Shown here: positions 1 through 8,199 of the stretch, one piece after another
Layout: each line of letters opens with the position of its first letter
Position numbering within the stretch: the stretch's first letter is position 1
Source: Patescibacteria group bacterium
GTDB lineage: Bacteria; Patescibacteriota; Patescibacteriia; Patescibacteriales; JBAZCA01
DNA length: 64,000 nt
Assembly (NCBI GenBank): GCA_041661405.1
Contig: JBAZUL010000001.1
Location: forward strand, 28,403-92,402
Direction of reading: 5' to 3'
Notes under the pieces: generated by a model
Told to the model about the DNA's origin: nothing
What the model saw: only the letters and a program-made list of their open reading frames with translations
Database searches by the model: none
Made by a program: the position numbers and the translations under genes

Positions 1-358
1 CGTGCTGAGGATCCCGGCCGGTGGCAAAAGCGTTTGGCGCCGTATCGTCAATAATATAGATTTTCGGCACAGGCAATCCGGCGGTGATGCAAAGATTTTC
101 CACAATATGGTAAAGCTCGCGGTTGGAATCGTGATCCACCGGCTTGGCCGAACTCATGGCTAAAACGATTTTGTCGGAAAACCAGTAGCTAATAAACGAA
201 GAAATTACACTAAAACCTACGGCAATATATAAAATTGCCGAGTCATTCATGGCCTGCGAAATTACATAGCCAATAATCATGATAAACACGAAAAACCCGG
301 TTATTAAAAGCCAGGTTTTTCTTTTATTTGAATCAGAATGAGTGTAGAGAGTAGACAT
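1..358 (-). CDS. htpX: Zinc metalloprotease HtpX (M48 family), N-terminal part; gene runs off the left edge
   Basis: Own translation of the minus strand from ATG at 358: MSTLYTHSDSNKRKTWLLITGFFVFIMIIGYV...PKIYIIDDTAPNAFATGRDPQH. It has two N-terminal TM helices and the NAFATGR motif typical of HtpX, and sits next to lemA. Absent from the ORF track because it is truncated. Confidence 0.8.
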   Translation of the reverse strand, partial: MSTLYTHSDSNKRKTWLLITGFFVFIMIIGYVISQAMNDSAILYIAVGFSVISSFISYWFSDKIVLAMSSAKPVDHDSNRELYHIVENLCITAGLPVPKIYIIDDTAPNAFATGRDPQH

Positions 359-428
359 AACACGTAACATGAAACACGCAACACATAATAATAATCTTAT
401 TCTATGTTATGTGTTATGAGTTATGTTA
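357..428. repeat. Heptad-built hairpin (between the lemA stop and the htpX start)
   Basis: Left arm aacacgt aacatga aacacgc aacacat. Right arm tatgtta tgtgtta tgagtta. The arms are imperfectly complementary and each has a 7-nt period. Confidence 0.7.
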
Positions 429-430
429 AA

Positions 431-982
431 CTAAAATTTCACCTTAACCGCTTCTTTTTCGGCTTCGTCAGCGGCGAAAAATTCTCGGGGTTTAAAACCG
501 AGCATGTTGCCGATAAAGTTAGTCGGAAAAACCTGCAGTTTGGTATTGAAATCGCGGACATTGCCGTTATAGAATCTCCGGGCGGCCATGATTTTGTCTT
601 CTGTGTCAGTCAGCTCCCTTTGCAGTTCAAGAAAATTCTGGTTGGCTTTTAAATCCGGATAGGCTTCCGCCAAGGCGAAGATTGATTTTAAAGTTTGCGA
701 TAAAGCGTTTTCGGCTTTGGCTTTCTCTTCGGCTCCTCCGGCGGACATGGCCGCGTTCCGGGCTTTAATTACCGAGTCCAGAGTTTCGCGCTCGTGCTTG
801 GCGTAGCCTTTCACGGTTTCCACGAGGTTGGGTATAAGGTCATACCTTCTCTTTAGCTGGACGTCAATGTCCGACCAGGCTTCGTCAACTCGGACTTTTA
901 AACGGATTAGGCCGTTGTAAAGCCCAATGATCGCCACAACCGCGACCGCCAAAACTCCCAAGACGATAAATGTAATTTCCAT
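431..982 (-). CDS. lemA: LemA family membrane protein
   Basis: 183 aa with an N-terminal TM helix, then a LemA-like region (LIRLKVRVDEAWSDIDVQLKRRYDLIPNLVETVKGYAKHE ... RRFYNGNVRDFN). Confidence 0.9.
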   Translation of the reverse strand: MEITFIVLGVLAVAVVAIIGLYNGLIRLKVRVDEAWSDIDVQLKRRYDLIPNLVETVKGYAKHERETLDSVIKARNAAMSAGGAEEKAKAENALSQTLKSIFALAEAYPDLKANQNFLELQRELTDTEDKIMAARRFYNGNVRDFNTKLQVFPTNFIGNMLGFKPREFFAADEAEKEAVKVKF

Positions 983-1008
983 AGGTTGTTTAGTTCTTTG
1001 GGAACTGG

Positions 1009-1860
1009 TTATGAGTTAATATTATTTTCAAAATATTCTTCTTTTAACGAACCGTTTACATGGTCAATTGAATTCCAGGGTAAAATTATCACCACCGGCT
1101 TGGCTTTTTTACAGGCTTTTTCCATTATGCGATAATCACTTGATACTTCTCTTGCTCTTAAAGCGGCATCTGCTTTATGGGGTTCATCCACTTTAGCGAC
1201 TTCACTTTTCAGCCAACTCTCTAACTTTTTTTCGTTATCCAGAAAGGCGGGTTCACATAAAAAACCGACACACTTACCTTGAACCGCCAATTGTTTTCCT
1301 CCCGTTCTCCCCCAAAAATCAACTCTATTAAATGCATCTTTTGACGGAGCGGCCAGACTTGGCGATAAGCCTTTAGCTTCCATATACTTATACACTCCAA
1401 CCTGCCCGATTATTCCTTTTTTATGACCTGGCCATTTCGGAGATGAACTATTTGATTCAAGCCGATCAGCAATCCTGCCGCATAAACTAAAAAGATCAGA
1501 TAAATAATCTCTATTGCCGCCATGAGTTAATACAAATTTCGTTCCAATGTTCATAAATCTGGCAAAAGACAAGTTCAGTGTTCTACTTTCCGCCTCTCTG
1601 GCATCACCACTCAACTGAACCCCGTGCAAAGAATCATATCTATACTGATCTATTAAATCGCGTATCATCAATACTATAAATTCAGTTTCTTTATCGTGAT
1701 TGGAAAATTCTGCCAGAAATTTTTGCCGAATTTCCTTAAATTTTTCCAAACTTAGAGATTCAACGGCCGGCAAAGCCGAGAGCGCTTCTTCAATTTTTCT
1801 AAATCTTTCGTTATAATCATCCGCCATTGCAACTCGTTCTTGAATGGGAGCTTCTTTCAT
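1009..1860 (-). CDS. Hypothetical protein, no recognisable domain
   Basis: 283-aa uninterrupted ORF. Its start abuts the stop of the upstream gene at 1860. Visibly more AT-rich than flanking housekeeping genes. Confidence 0.5.
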   Translation of the reverse strand: MKEAPIQERVAMADDYNERFRKIEEALSALPAVESLSLEKFKEIRQKFLAEFSNHDKETEFIVLMIRDLIDQYRYDSLHGVQLSGDAREAESRTLNLSFARFMNIGTKFVLTHGGNRDYLSDLFSLCGRIADRLESNSSSPKWPGHKKGIIGQVGVYKYMEAKGLSPSLAAPSKDAFNRVDFWGRTGGKQLAVQGKCVGFLCEPAFLDNEKKLESWLKSEVAKVDEPHKADAALRAREVSSDYRIMEKACKKAKPVVIILPWNSIDHVNGSLKEEYFENNINS

Positions 1861-3122
1861 TATTTTATCCTTACATTTAATAAAACATTCTTTCCCCTCG
1901 CTTTAGTCGCGTAATAGCCGGTTAACAGCCCTACAGTTTTAAAAACATCGGATTCTTTTTTTATGCTGTCCATTTTTAACTCGGCCAAATTGATTTTTTC
2001 CGGAATTAACGTCTCAATCAAATCATTCTTAATTCGTAATTCGTAATTCGTAATTCTAACGAGCGTCGTCGGTCCGGTTAGCTCATCTAATTTTACCACA
2101 ATATCCCCATTTTTAGCTAGCTTTTCCAGTTTTTCGCTTTCGTCCCGATCCCGACCGACAATAACCATGACCCAATGAAAATTTATATCGGCTTCTATTC
2201 TGACATCTTTCAGATTTTTTCCAATAAGCGATTTTAATGAATTTTTTAAAGACAAGGTAATCTTTGGCGTATTTTGGCGTATTTTCGCGTCCCCGGCCAT
2301 TTCTAATTTCAGCCAAAATACCCGGCCATATTTTAAGAGTTCAACGTCTTCAGTTTTGCAGTCAGGACAATGGGTAATAATGTCCAAAACTTTTTTTCCG
2401 CCTTCCGGATCGGTTAATAAGCAACCTCCGGCGGGCGAAGGGTAATTTTTAATGCCAAATTTTTTGGCTAATTTCATCTGTGCTTCCCTTGACCGCCCTT
2501 TAATATCCAATAACCTTTCCCTCGTAACAAATCCATTTTTTTCCGCGTAAGTTTCCGGAAGAAGTTTTGCTGACAAAGGCCTTAAAACTTCCACTCCGGC
2601 CATTTTCGCGACCTTTTCCAAAGCTTCTTTATTCTGGGAAAACGGCCGCTGGCCGAGCACTTCTCCGGTCGCGATAAAATCGGAAAGTCTTTTATCACTT
2701 AAGTTGTCCGGAAACTTAATTCTCTCCCCCTTGGCAAGGGGGAGTCCGATCGCCGAAGGCGAGCGGGAGGGGGTGTGTTTTCCGGATGGGGGTGAGGTTA
2801 GTTCCGCGGACGCTTTTTTTAGATATTTCCCGGCCTCGCGGATCATCAGACTGTGGCAATCTATGCAAGGATTCATATTTTTTCCATAACCGCAGGACGG
2901 ACATTTTACGATTGACAAAATCTTTTCCGAAATATTTTCTTCAATTAAATCAATGCCGATTATTTTCGCGCTTTCCCGCGCCCGGCCGCAATCAAAAAAA
3001 TTACTGGAAAAACAAATCCCAATAACTTTTATCCCCTGATCCATGAGCACCCGGGCGGCGAGCATTGAATCCAGTCCGCCGGAAAAGAGAACCAGAGCCC
3101 TTACTGCTTTGCTTTTTCCCAT
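1860..3122 (-). CDS. PP-loop ATP pyrophosphatase, ThiI/MnmA-like tRNA thiolation enzyme lacking a THUMP domain
   Basis: N-terminal SGGLDS PP-loop. NPCIDCHSLMIREAG and ATGEVLGQRPFSQ resemble ThiI/MnmA adenylation-domain motifs. GGCLLTDP lies near the C-terminal third. The gene carries two in-frame repeat insertions (see repeats at 2030 and 2722). Confidence 0.65.
   Translation of the reverse strand: MGKSKAVRALVLFSGGLDSMLAARVLMDQGIKVIGICFSSNFFDCGRARESAKIIGIDLIEENISEKILSIVKCPSCGYGKNMNPCIDCHSLMIREAGKYLKKASAELTSPPSGKHTPSRSPSAIGLPLAKGERIKFPDNLSDKRLSDFIATGEVLGQRPFSQNKEALEKVAKMAGVEVLRPLSAKLLPETYAEKNGFVTRERLLDIKGRSREAQMKLAKKFGIKNYPSPAGGCLLTDPEGGKKVLDIITHCPDCKTEDVELLKYGRVFWLKLEMAGDAKIRQNTPKITLSLKNSLKSLIGKNLKDVRIEADINFHWVMVIVGRDRDESEKLEKLAKNGDIVVKLDELTGPTTLVRITNYELRIKNDLIETLIPEKINLAELKMDSIKKESDVFKTVGLLTGYYATKARGKNVLLNVRIK
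2030..2057. repeat. In-frame heptanucleotide tandem array (TAATTCG x3 + TAATTCT) inside the PP-loop ATPase gene
   Basis: The plus strand reads taattcg taattcg taattcg taattct. It encodes RITNYELRIKN on the minus strand. Confidence 0.85.
2722..2800 (+). repeat. GC palindrome + GGGGTGAGG element (type 3), in-frame inside the PP-loop ATPase gene
   Basis: CTCCCCCTTggcAAGGGGGAG, then TCGCCgaaGGCGA, then GGATGGGGGTGAGGTT. Translated on the minus strand as ELTSPPSGKHTPSRSPSAIGLPLAKGE. Confidence 0.7.
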
Positions 3123-3208
3123 ATTTTATAGAAAATTATCAGCTGAAATATTCGCATACTGACTATTGAAGACGCTTAAGCTTAACGAATGTTTCATTAA
3201 ATCACTTA

Positions 3209-4732
3209 TCACCCCTTATTTATTAGCCCAGCCAACCTCTCCCTGAGCCCCGGCCAAGTGCTGTAATATTCAAAACCGCTGCGGCTTCTAATTTTTTCGT
3301 AAACCATCATTTGCAATTCATCATCCTTGAAAACCAAACGTTCAACCGGATTATGCAGTTTACCTCCGGCAAACAGGCTGTAACGATCAATGTAGGAATC
3401 CAGTATTTCCCTTATATTTATACCCTGATTATACTTTGATAATTTCCATATAGCTTCTAAATATTTATTTTCCCATTGCTGTCCGGGAACCTTATTAATT
3501 TGACTGATTAAATTTTCCGGGATTGATCCGTAATAATCATTCTGCATTATTAGCGTAAGGGAGCGGCTCAGGAAATGGCAACGTTGGAAACTATAATCCT
3601 CGCGTTCCTCTAGTAAATCAGCCAATTTTGTCTTTAATTTTTTCGGCAGGGACAAAAAAGCCGGGCTTTTCCTAAGCTGTTCATAATTTTCCGCTTTATA
3701 AATGAGTCTTGATTCGTCATATTCATCAAAAAATTCGTCCAGCTGACTGGGCTTTAAACTTAATTTTTCATCAACTCTTTCCCTTGCAACTACTCTCTCA
3801 ACCAGTTCTTTGCTTATAAACTCCCCATAAAAATCCATAATTTTCATTAAACTTTTTTCAGTTACTATCCCTGCCTTTGCCAGCTCAAAAGCTATCGGTT
3901 CAGCTCTTGGGAGAGTGTAATCAAAATCATCCGCCCGCCCCTCCTCTTCGTTAAAATTTGCCCAAGTAACATCCGAAAAGGAGACCTGGACTTTTTTCGG
4001 ATCGTCAATATTGAAAAAAATATTCCAAGCGTGAGGATTGTCATTAGCCCTAAGGGGTGAGGTGGCGCTATAGTCAAAACCCATTTCATACAAACAATAT
4101 GAATTCTTTAGTGTCCCGGCGGGAGACTGGCAGGCTTTTAACGCGCTAAAAACTGTTTTTACGGTTGAAGCGAAAGTCCTGCAAACTCCGTTGCCAATCC
4201 AGTTTGGGTTATCCAAATTTTTCAGCCCCTGTTCCAATATCTCTATGGCCGTGCATTGATCCGAATAGGTGAGAAACTCCCTTTGATCCCCGACCATTTC
4301 TTTGGAAGCCTCATACGATTCAAACTCGTTATATTTAGTTAACTTTCTAACTATGGCTAACGATAACCCAAACAACTGTTTCGGCTCTAAAACGTCTAAT
4401 CTTGCTACGTTAAAATTCCGGGCGATATTTGCTCCTTCCCTCTTTAAAAAATCTTCCACAAACTTGTATATCTTTGCCTCCCACCCTTCTTCTTCAACCG
4501 TATTCTCAAAAACATAATTTTCTCTCGCGTTATGATCTCTCTCCTGCGCGATATACCTTTGATTCAAGATAGCCGCGATTGAATCCGGAATCGGTAATGT
4601 TTTTTCTGAACCTTGAGGATTAAAGCTGTCCCATTCTGAAAAAACAACTCTTGTGCTGTCTTTCAATTCTAAATCCAGTAACGGCTCCTTTTCTTTTTCC
4701 GATTGTCGCTCGCTTAAATTTTCAACCCCCAT
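3209..4732 (-). CDS. Transglutaminase-like cysteine peptidase domain protein
   Basis: 507 aa. GNGVCRTFA (Cys), NPHAWNIFF (His) and VSFSDVTW (Asp) match the Cys-His-Asp order and spacing of the transglutaminase-like core. No signal peptide seen. AT-rich. Confidence 0.55.
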   Translation of the reverse strand: MGVENLSERQSEKEKEPLLDLELKDSTRVVFSEWDSFNPQGSEKTLPIPDSIAAILNQRYIAQERDHNARENYVFENTVEEEGWEAKIYKFVEDFLKREGANIARNFNVARLDVLEPKQLFGLSLAIVRKLTKYNEFESYEASKEMVGDQREFLTYSDQCTAIEILEQGLKNLDNPNWIGNGVCRTFASTVKTVFSALKACQSPAGTLKNSYCLYEMGFDYSATSPLRANDNPHAWNIFFNIDDPKKVQVSFSDVTWANFNEEEGRADDFDYTLPRAEPIAFELAKAGIVTEKSLMKIMDFYGEFISKELVERVVARERVDEKLSLKPSQLDEFFDEYDESRLIYKAENYEQLRKSPAFLSLPKKLKTKLADLLEEREDYSFQRCHFLSRSLTLIMQNDYYGSIPENLISQINKVPGQQWENKYLEAIWKLSKYNQGINIREILDSYIDRYSLFAGGKLHNPVERLVFKDDELQMMVYEKIRSRSGFEYYSTWPGLRERLAGLINKG

Positions 4733-4771
4733 AAGCCATTGCCCTTTATAAAAAATAGAAAAACAACTAAC

Positions 4772-7700
4772 CTATCTCCTAGCTACCCCCAGCCAAACCT
4801 CCGCCCCCTCCACCTTAACATTTTTCTCCGCCAGCGCGCCTTCAATTTTTCCTTCGGCCAGACTGTCGGCTAGAGTATCTTTCAATATTCCGTCCTTATA
4901 ATTTTCAATCGCTTTTTTCACTTCTTCGCCGGATGTTTCATAATAAATTTCAATCCGGTCTTTAATTGTCAGTCCGGCATCTTTCCGAAGGCCGTTAACT
5001 AGCCGGACGATCTCGCGCTTAACACCCTCGGCTTTCAGCTCAGGGGTTATTTCCGTGTCTAATTCAACTTCCATATTGCCTTTATCATCTTTAAATACAA
5101 CTTCTTTCACATTCACTTCGTCTTTAACTAGCTCCAAAAATTCATGATCAATTGATAATTTATAATTAATAATTAATAATTGATTTAATGGTTGTCTTAC
5201 TTTTATCCCGGCCTCGTCTCTTTTTGCCAGCGCCAACTCTACGATATTTCTTACATCTTCCATCTTGGCGATTATTTGACTATCAACTCTCCCCGCCTCC
5301 GGCCAGCCTTCCAGATGCACGGATTTTTCTTCATCCTTAAAATCATTGCCGGTTACTTTCTGCCAAATTTGCTCGGCAATGAACGGCGTAAACGGCGCCA
5401 TAACTTTTGATAACTGCAATAACGCGAATCGCGTCGTATTGAGAGCCGCTTCTTTGTCTTTTTCATCATCAGCTTTAAACCGGTCTCTTGATCTTCTTAT
5501 ATACCAGGTTGATAGGTCATCAACAAAATCGGCAATCGGCCGGGTCGCTTGCGGCAAGTTATAATTTTCCATAGCCTTGGTAACTTCTTTTATAAGCTCA
5601 TTCAGCCTCGCCAATATCCATTGATCAAGAATATTTTTTTCCCTCTCCTTACTAATGAGAGGGTCGGGGTGAGGTTTGGAGGCAGAAGAGGCAAACATTT
5701 CGTAAAACTTATAGACATTCCAGACCAACATGTTTATTTTTCTAAGCGAATCCGCGACTCCTTTTTCAAAAAAATTAAGGTTTTCGGCGAGCATTACCGG
5801 CGAAGTTAAGAGATAATAGCGCAAAGCGTCAGCCCCGTATTTTTCAAAAATCAAAGTCGGATCCGGATAATTCTGGAGCCGTTTGGACATTTTTTTCCCG
5901 TCCTCGGCAAGCACGATTCCGTTGACAATAACATTTTTAAAAGCCGGTTTTTCTTTTATCGCCGTAGCAATGATGTGGAGGTAATAAAACCAGGCGCGGG
6001 TCTGATCAACGCCTTCGGCAATGAACTGGGCCGGAAAATTCTTTTCAAATTTTTTTTTATTCTCAAAAGGATAATGCTCCTGCGCGTAAGGCATGGACCC
6101 GGAATCAAACCAGGTATCTAAAACATCCGGAATCCTTTTCATTGTTCCTTTGCATTTTTCGCAGGAGAAAGTTATCTCATCAACAATATGCTTATGAATA
6201 TCAGTAATTTTCTGCCCGCTTAACTCTTCCAGTTCTTTAACCGAACCGATAACCTTTAGCTCTTCGCATTTTTCGCATTTCCAAATCGGAATAACCGAGG
6301 CCCAAAATCTTTGGCGGGATATAGACCAGTCGCGGGCGCCGGAAAGCCAATTGCCAAACCGGCCTTCCTTAATATGACCGGGCGACCAATTAATCTCTTC
6401 CGCCAGTTTCAAAGCCTTATCTTTGATGGCCAAAACTTTTACGAACCAGGAAGTGGTAGCGTAATTAATGAGCGGCGTTTCACAGCGCCAGCAATGCGGG
6501 TAGCTATGCTCAAATTTTTCTTTACTGAATAATAAATTTTTCTTCGCGAGGTATTTTATAATCTCCACGTCTGTCGCTAGAACATCATCTTTTGGCTTAA
6601 CATTCATGCCGGAAAAATCACCGGCTTCATCCTTAATACTGCCATCCATCCGAACGTGCTGGATAAAGGGCAGATTAAATTTTTTTCCAAGGTTGCGGTC
6701 GTCTTCGCCAAAAGCCGGAGCGATGTGGACGACTCCGGTTCCGTCTTCAGTCGTAACAAAATCGCCCGGATAAATTTTCCAGCCGTTCTCCCGATTTTCC
6801 AATTTTTCATTTTCAGCGTAATAGGGAAAAAGCGGTTTGTATTTTTTACCGACCAGTTCTTTTCCTTTAATATTATCCTCTATACTCCAGAAACGAGCAT
6901 CGGGTTTATTTGTTTGATTTTTAAATCGGTAACCATGCTCCGTTTTTTCCAATGAATCTTTTGAGGTTATAAAAAGACTGTTTTTCTCCTTGGCATAAAA
7001 ATCATCATTTCCTTCACTTTCAGTAAATTCGGCTTCAGGCTGAACTCTAATTTTTACATACTCAATATCCTCCCCTACCGCCAAAGCCGCGTTGCCGATT
7101 AAAGTCCAAGGTGTCGTTGTCCAGGCTAAGACATAAGTTCCTGGTTCGTCTTCCAATTCAAATTTTACTGTCGCCGTCAAATCTTTAATCATCTTATAGC
7201 CCTCGGCCACTTCCTGCTGGGAAAGCGTGGTCTCGCATCTCGGACAAATATGCATAGAGCGGTAATCTTCGTAAACCAATCCCCTGTCCCACAGTTCCTT
7301 AAAAACCGACCAAACCGACTCCATGAACGGAAGATCCATGGTTTTATAAGAATTCTCCATGTCCGCCCAGCGCCCTAAGCGCGGTATTACTTTTTTCCAC
7401 TCATCAACATAAGCCAAAACCTTGGAACGGCATTTTTCGTTAAACGCGGCCACGCCCATTTCCTCAATATCCTTCTTGCTCTTAGAGCCCATTTCCTTTT
7501 CAACGATGTTTTCAATCGGCAGGCCATGGCAATCCCAGCCCCATTTCCGCTCCACCCTAAAACCCCGCATTGTCCAAAAACGAGGAACAGCGTCTTTCAT
7601 AACCGAAGCGACAATATGGCCGTAATGCGGAGTACCGGTCGCGAACGGCGGGCCATCGTAAAAAACATAATCGCCTTTGGGTTTTTCACCAGCCGGTTTT

Positions 7701-7837
7701 TCTACCGATTTTTCAAAAGTTTTCGCCCGATTCCAAAATTCCAAGACTTCCTCTTCCATTTTCGGAAATGGACTTATTCCGCGAAGCCCTGCCGAGGCGG
7801 GATTGACTGAGGCTTTTTTATCTTTTTCATTAGTCAT
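4772..7837 (-). CDS. ileS: Isoleucine--tRNA ligase
   Basis: 1021 aa with HIGH-type motif PHYGHIVA and KMSKS-type KMSKR. Class I editing-type synthetase architecture with CxxC pairs. Confidence 0.97.
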   Translation of the reverse strand: MTNEKDKKASVNPASAGLRGISPFPKMEEEVLEFWNRAKTFEKSVEKPAGEKPKGDYVFYDGPPFATGTPHYGHIVASVMKDAVPRFWTMRGFRVERKWGWDCHGLPIENIVEKEMGSKSKKDIEEMGVAAFNEKCRSKVLAYVDEWKKVIPRLGRWADMENSYKTMDLPFMESVWSVFKELWDRGLVYEDYRSMHICPRCETTLSQQEVAEGYKMIKDLTATVKFELEDEPGTYVLAWTTTPWTLIGNAALAVGEDIEYVKIRVQPEAEFTESEGNDDFYAKEKNSLFITSKDSLEKTEHGYRFKNQTNKPDARFWSIEDNIKGKELVGKKYKPLFPYYAENEKLENRENGWKIYPGDFVTTEDGTGVVHIAPAFGEDDRNLGKKFNLPFIQHVRMDGSIKDEAGDFSGMNVKPKDDVLATDVEIIKYLAKKNLLFSKEKFEHSYPHCWRCETPLINYATTSWFVKVLAIKDKALKLAEEINWSPGHIKEGRFGNWLSGARDWSISRQRFWASVIPIWKCEKCEELKVIGSVKELEELSGQKITDIHKHIVDEITFSCEKCKGTMKRIPDVLDTWFDSGSMPYAQEHYPFENKKKFEKNFPAQFIAEGVDQTRAWFYYLHIIATAIKEKPAFKNVIVNGIVLAEDGKKMSKRLQNYPDPTLIFEKYGADALRYYLLTSPVMLAENLNFFEKGVADSLRKINMLVWNVYKFYEMFASSASKPHPDPLISKEREKNILDQWILARLNELIKEVTKAMENYNLPQATRPIADFVDDLSTWYIRRSRDRFKADDEKDKEAALNTTRFALLQLSKVMAPFTPFIAEQIWQKVTGNDFKDEEKSVHLEGWPEAGRVDSQIIAKMEDVRNIVELALAKRDEAGIKVRQPLNQLLIINYKLSIDHEFLELVKDEVNVKEVVFKDDKGNMEVELDTEITPELKAEGVKREIVRLVNGLRKDAGLTIKDRIEIYYETSGEEVKKAIENYKDGILKDTLADSLAEGKIEGALAEKNVKVEGAEVWLGVARR
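5151..5185. repeat. In-frame heptad array (ATTGATA ATTTATA ATTAATA ATTAATA ATTGATT) inside ileS
   Basis: Five 7-nt units on the plus strand. They encode ..NQLLIINYKLSID.. in IleRS. Confidence 0.7.
5641..5676 (+). repeat. GC palindrome + GGGGTGAGG element (type 3), in-frame inside ileS
   Basis: CCCTCTCcttactaatGAGAGGG followed by TCGGGGTGAGGTTT. Encodes KPHPDPLISKEREK in IleRS. Confidence 0.65.
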
Positions 7838-7868
7838 AATGGCGAAAATTTACTGAATTATATGGTTT

Positions 7869-7897
7869 ATTCTATTCTAAAATTAGCTGAATGTCAA
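7869..7897 (-). promoter_or_regulatory. Predicted sigma70-type promoter of ileS
   Basis: The minus strand reads TTGACA - 17 nt - TAGAAT, about 30 nt upstream of the ATG at 7837. Confidence 0.6.
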
Positions 7898-7963
7898 AAC
7901 GCCGAGCGTGTGAGCAAGGCATCTCGAACCCCGCATTTTGCGGGGAAGGGATCTCGCGCATAC
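7892..7963 (+). repeat. Promoter-associated structured repeat, type 1, copy R1
   Basis: TGTCAAAACGCCGAGCGTGTGAGCAAGGCATCTCGAA-CCCCGCattttGCGGGG-AAGGGATCTCGCGCATACG. The left terminus is the -35 of the ileS promoter. Confidence 0.7.
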
Positions 7964-8040
7964 GAACAGACGTCCTAAGCCGCATACACTTATATTATAC
8001 AGGTATTGTTATAACTTGTTGAACCCGCTGAACAAAAATC

Positions 8041-8070
8041 TTGACATAACTCCCTATTTATGCTTAAATT
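8041..8070 (+). promoter_or_regulatory. Predicted promoter reading toward the lipoprotein gene
   Basis: TTGACA - 18 nt - TAAATT. The transcript would run through the type 2 hairpin element. Confidence 0.4.
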
Positions 8071-8199
8071 AAGGGTCATTTCCAAAACCTTTATTGATTG
8101 GCTGACAATCAGGAATGATCGTTATTATTCCATAAAAGCAGTGGAAATGCGCTCTTTAAAAAACGCAAAACTCGCGCAAGCCAGAAGAATTATACTATT

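Noticed and set aside
404-652. 82-aa plus-strand ORF overlapping lemA
   Set aside because: It lies antisense to a well-supported LemA gene. It begins inside the heptad hairpin and has no recognisable features.
7838-7900. T-box or other riboswitch leaders upstream of ileS, valS, trpS, proS and glyA
   Set aside because: The leaders are short or are occupied by repeat hairpins. I could not find T-box specifier/antiterminator motifs or ZTP/THF-like conserved cores by eye. An Infernal scan would be needed to be sure.
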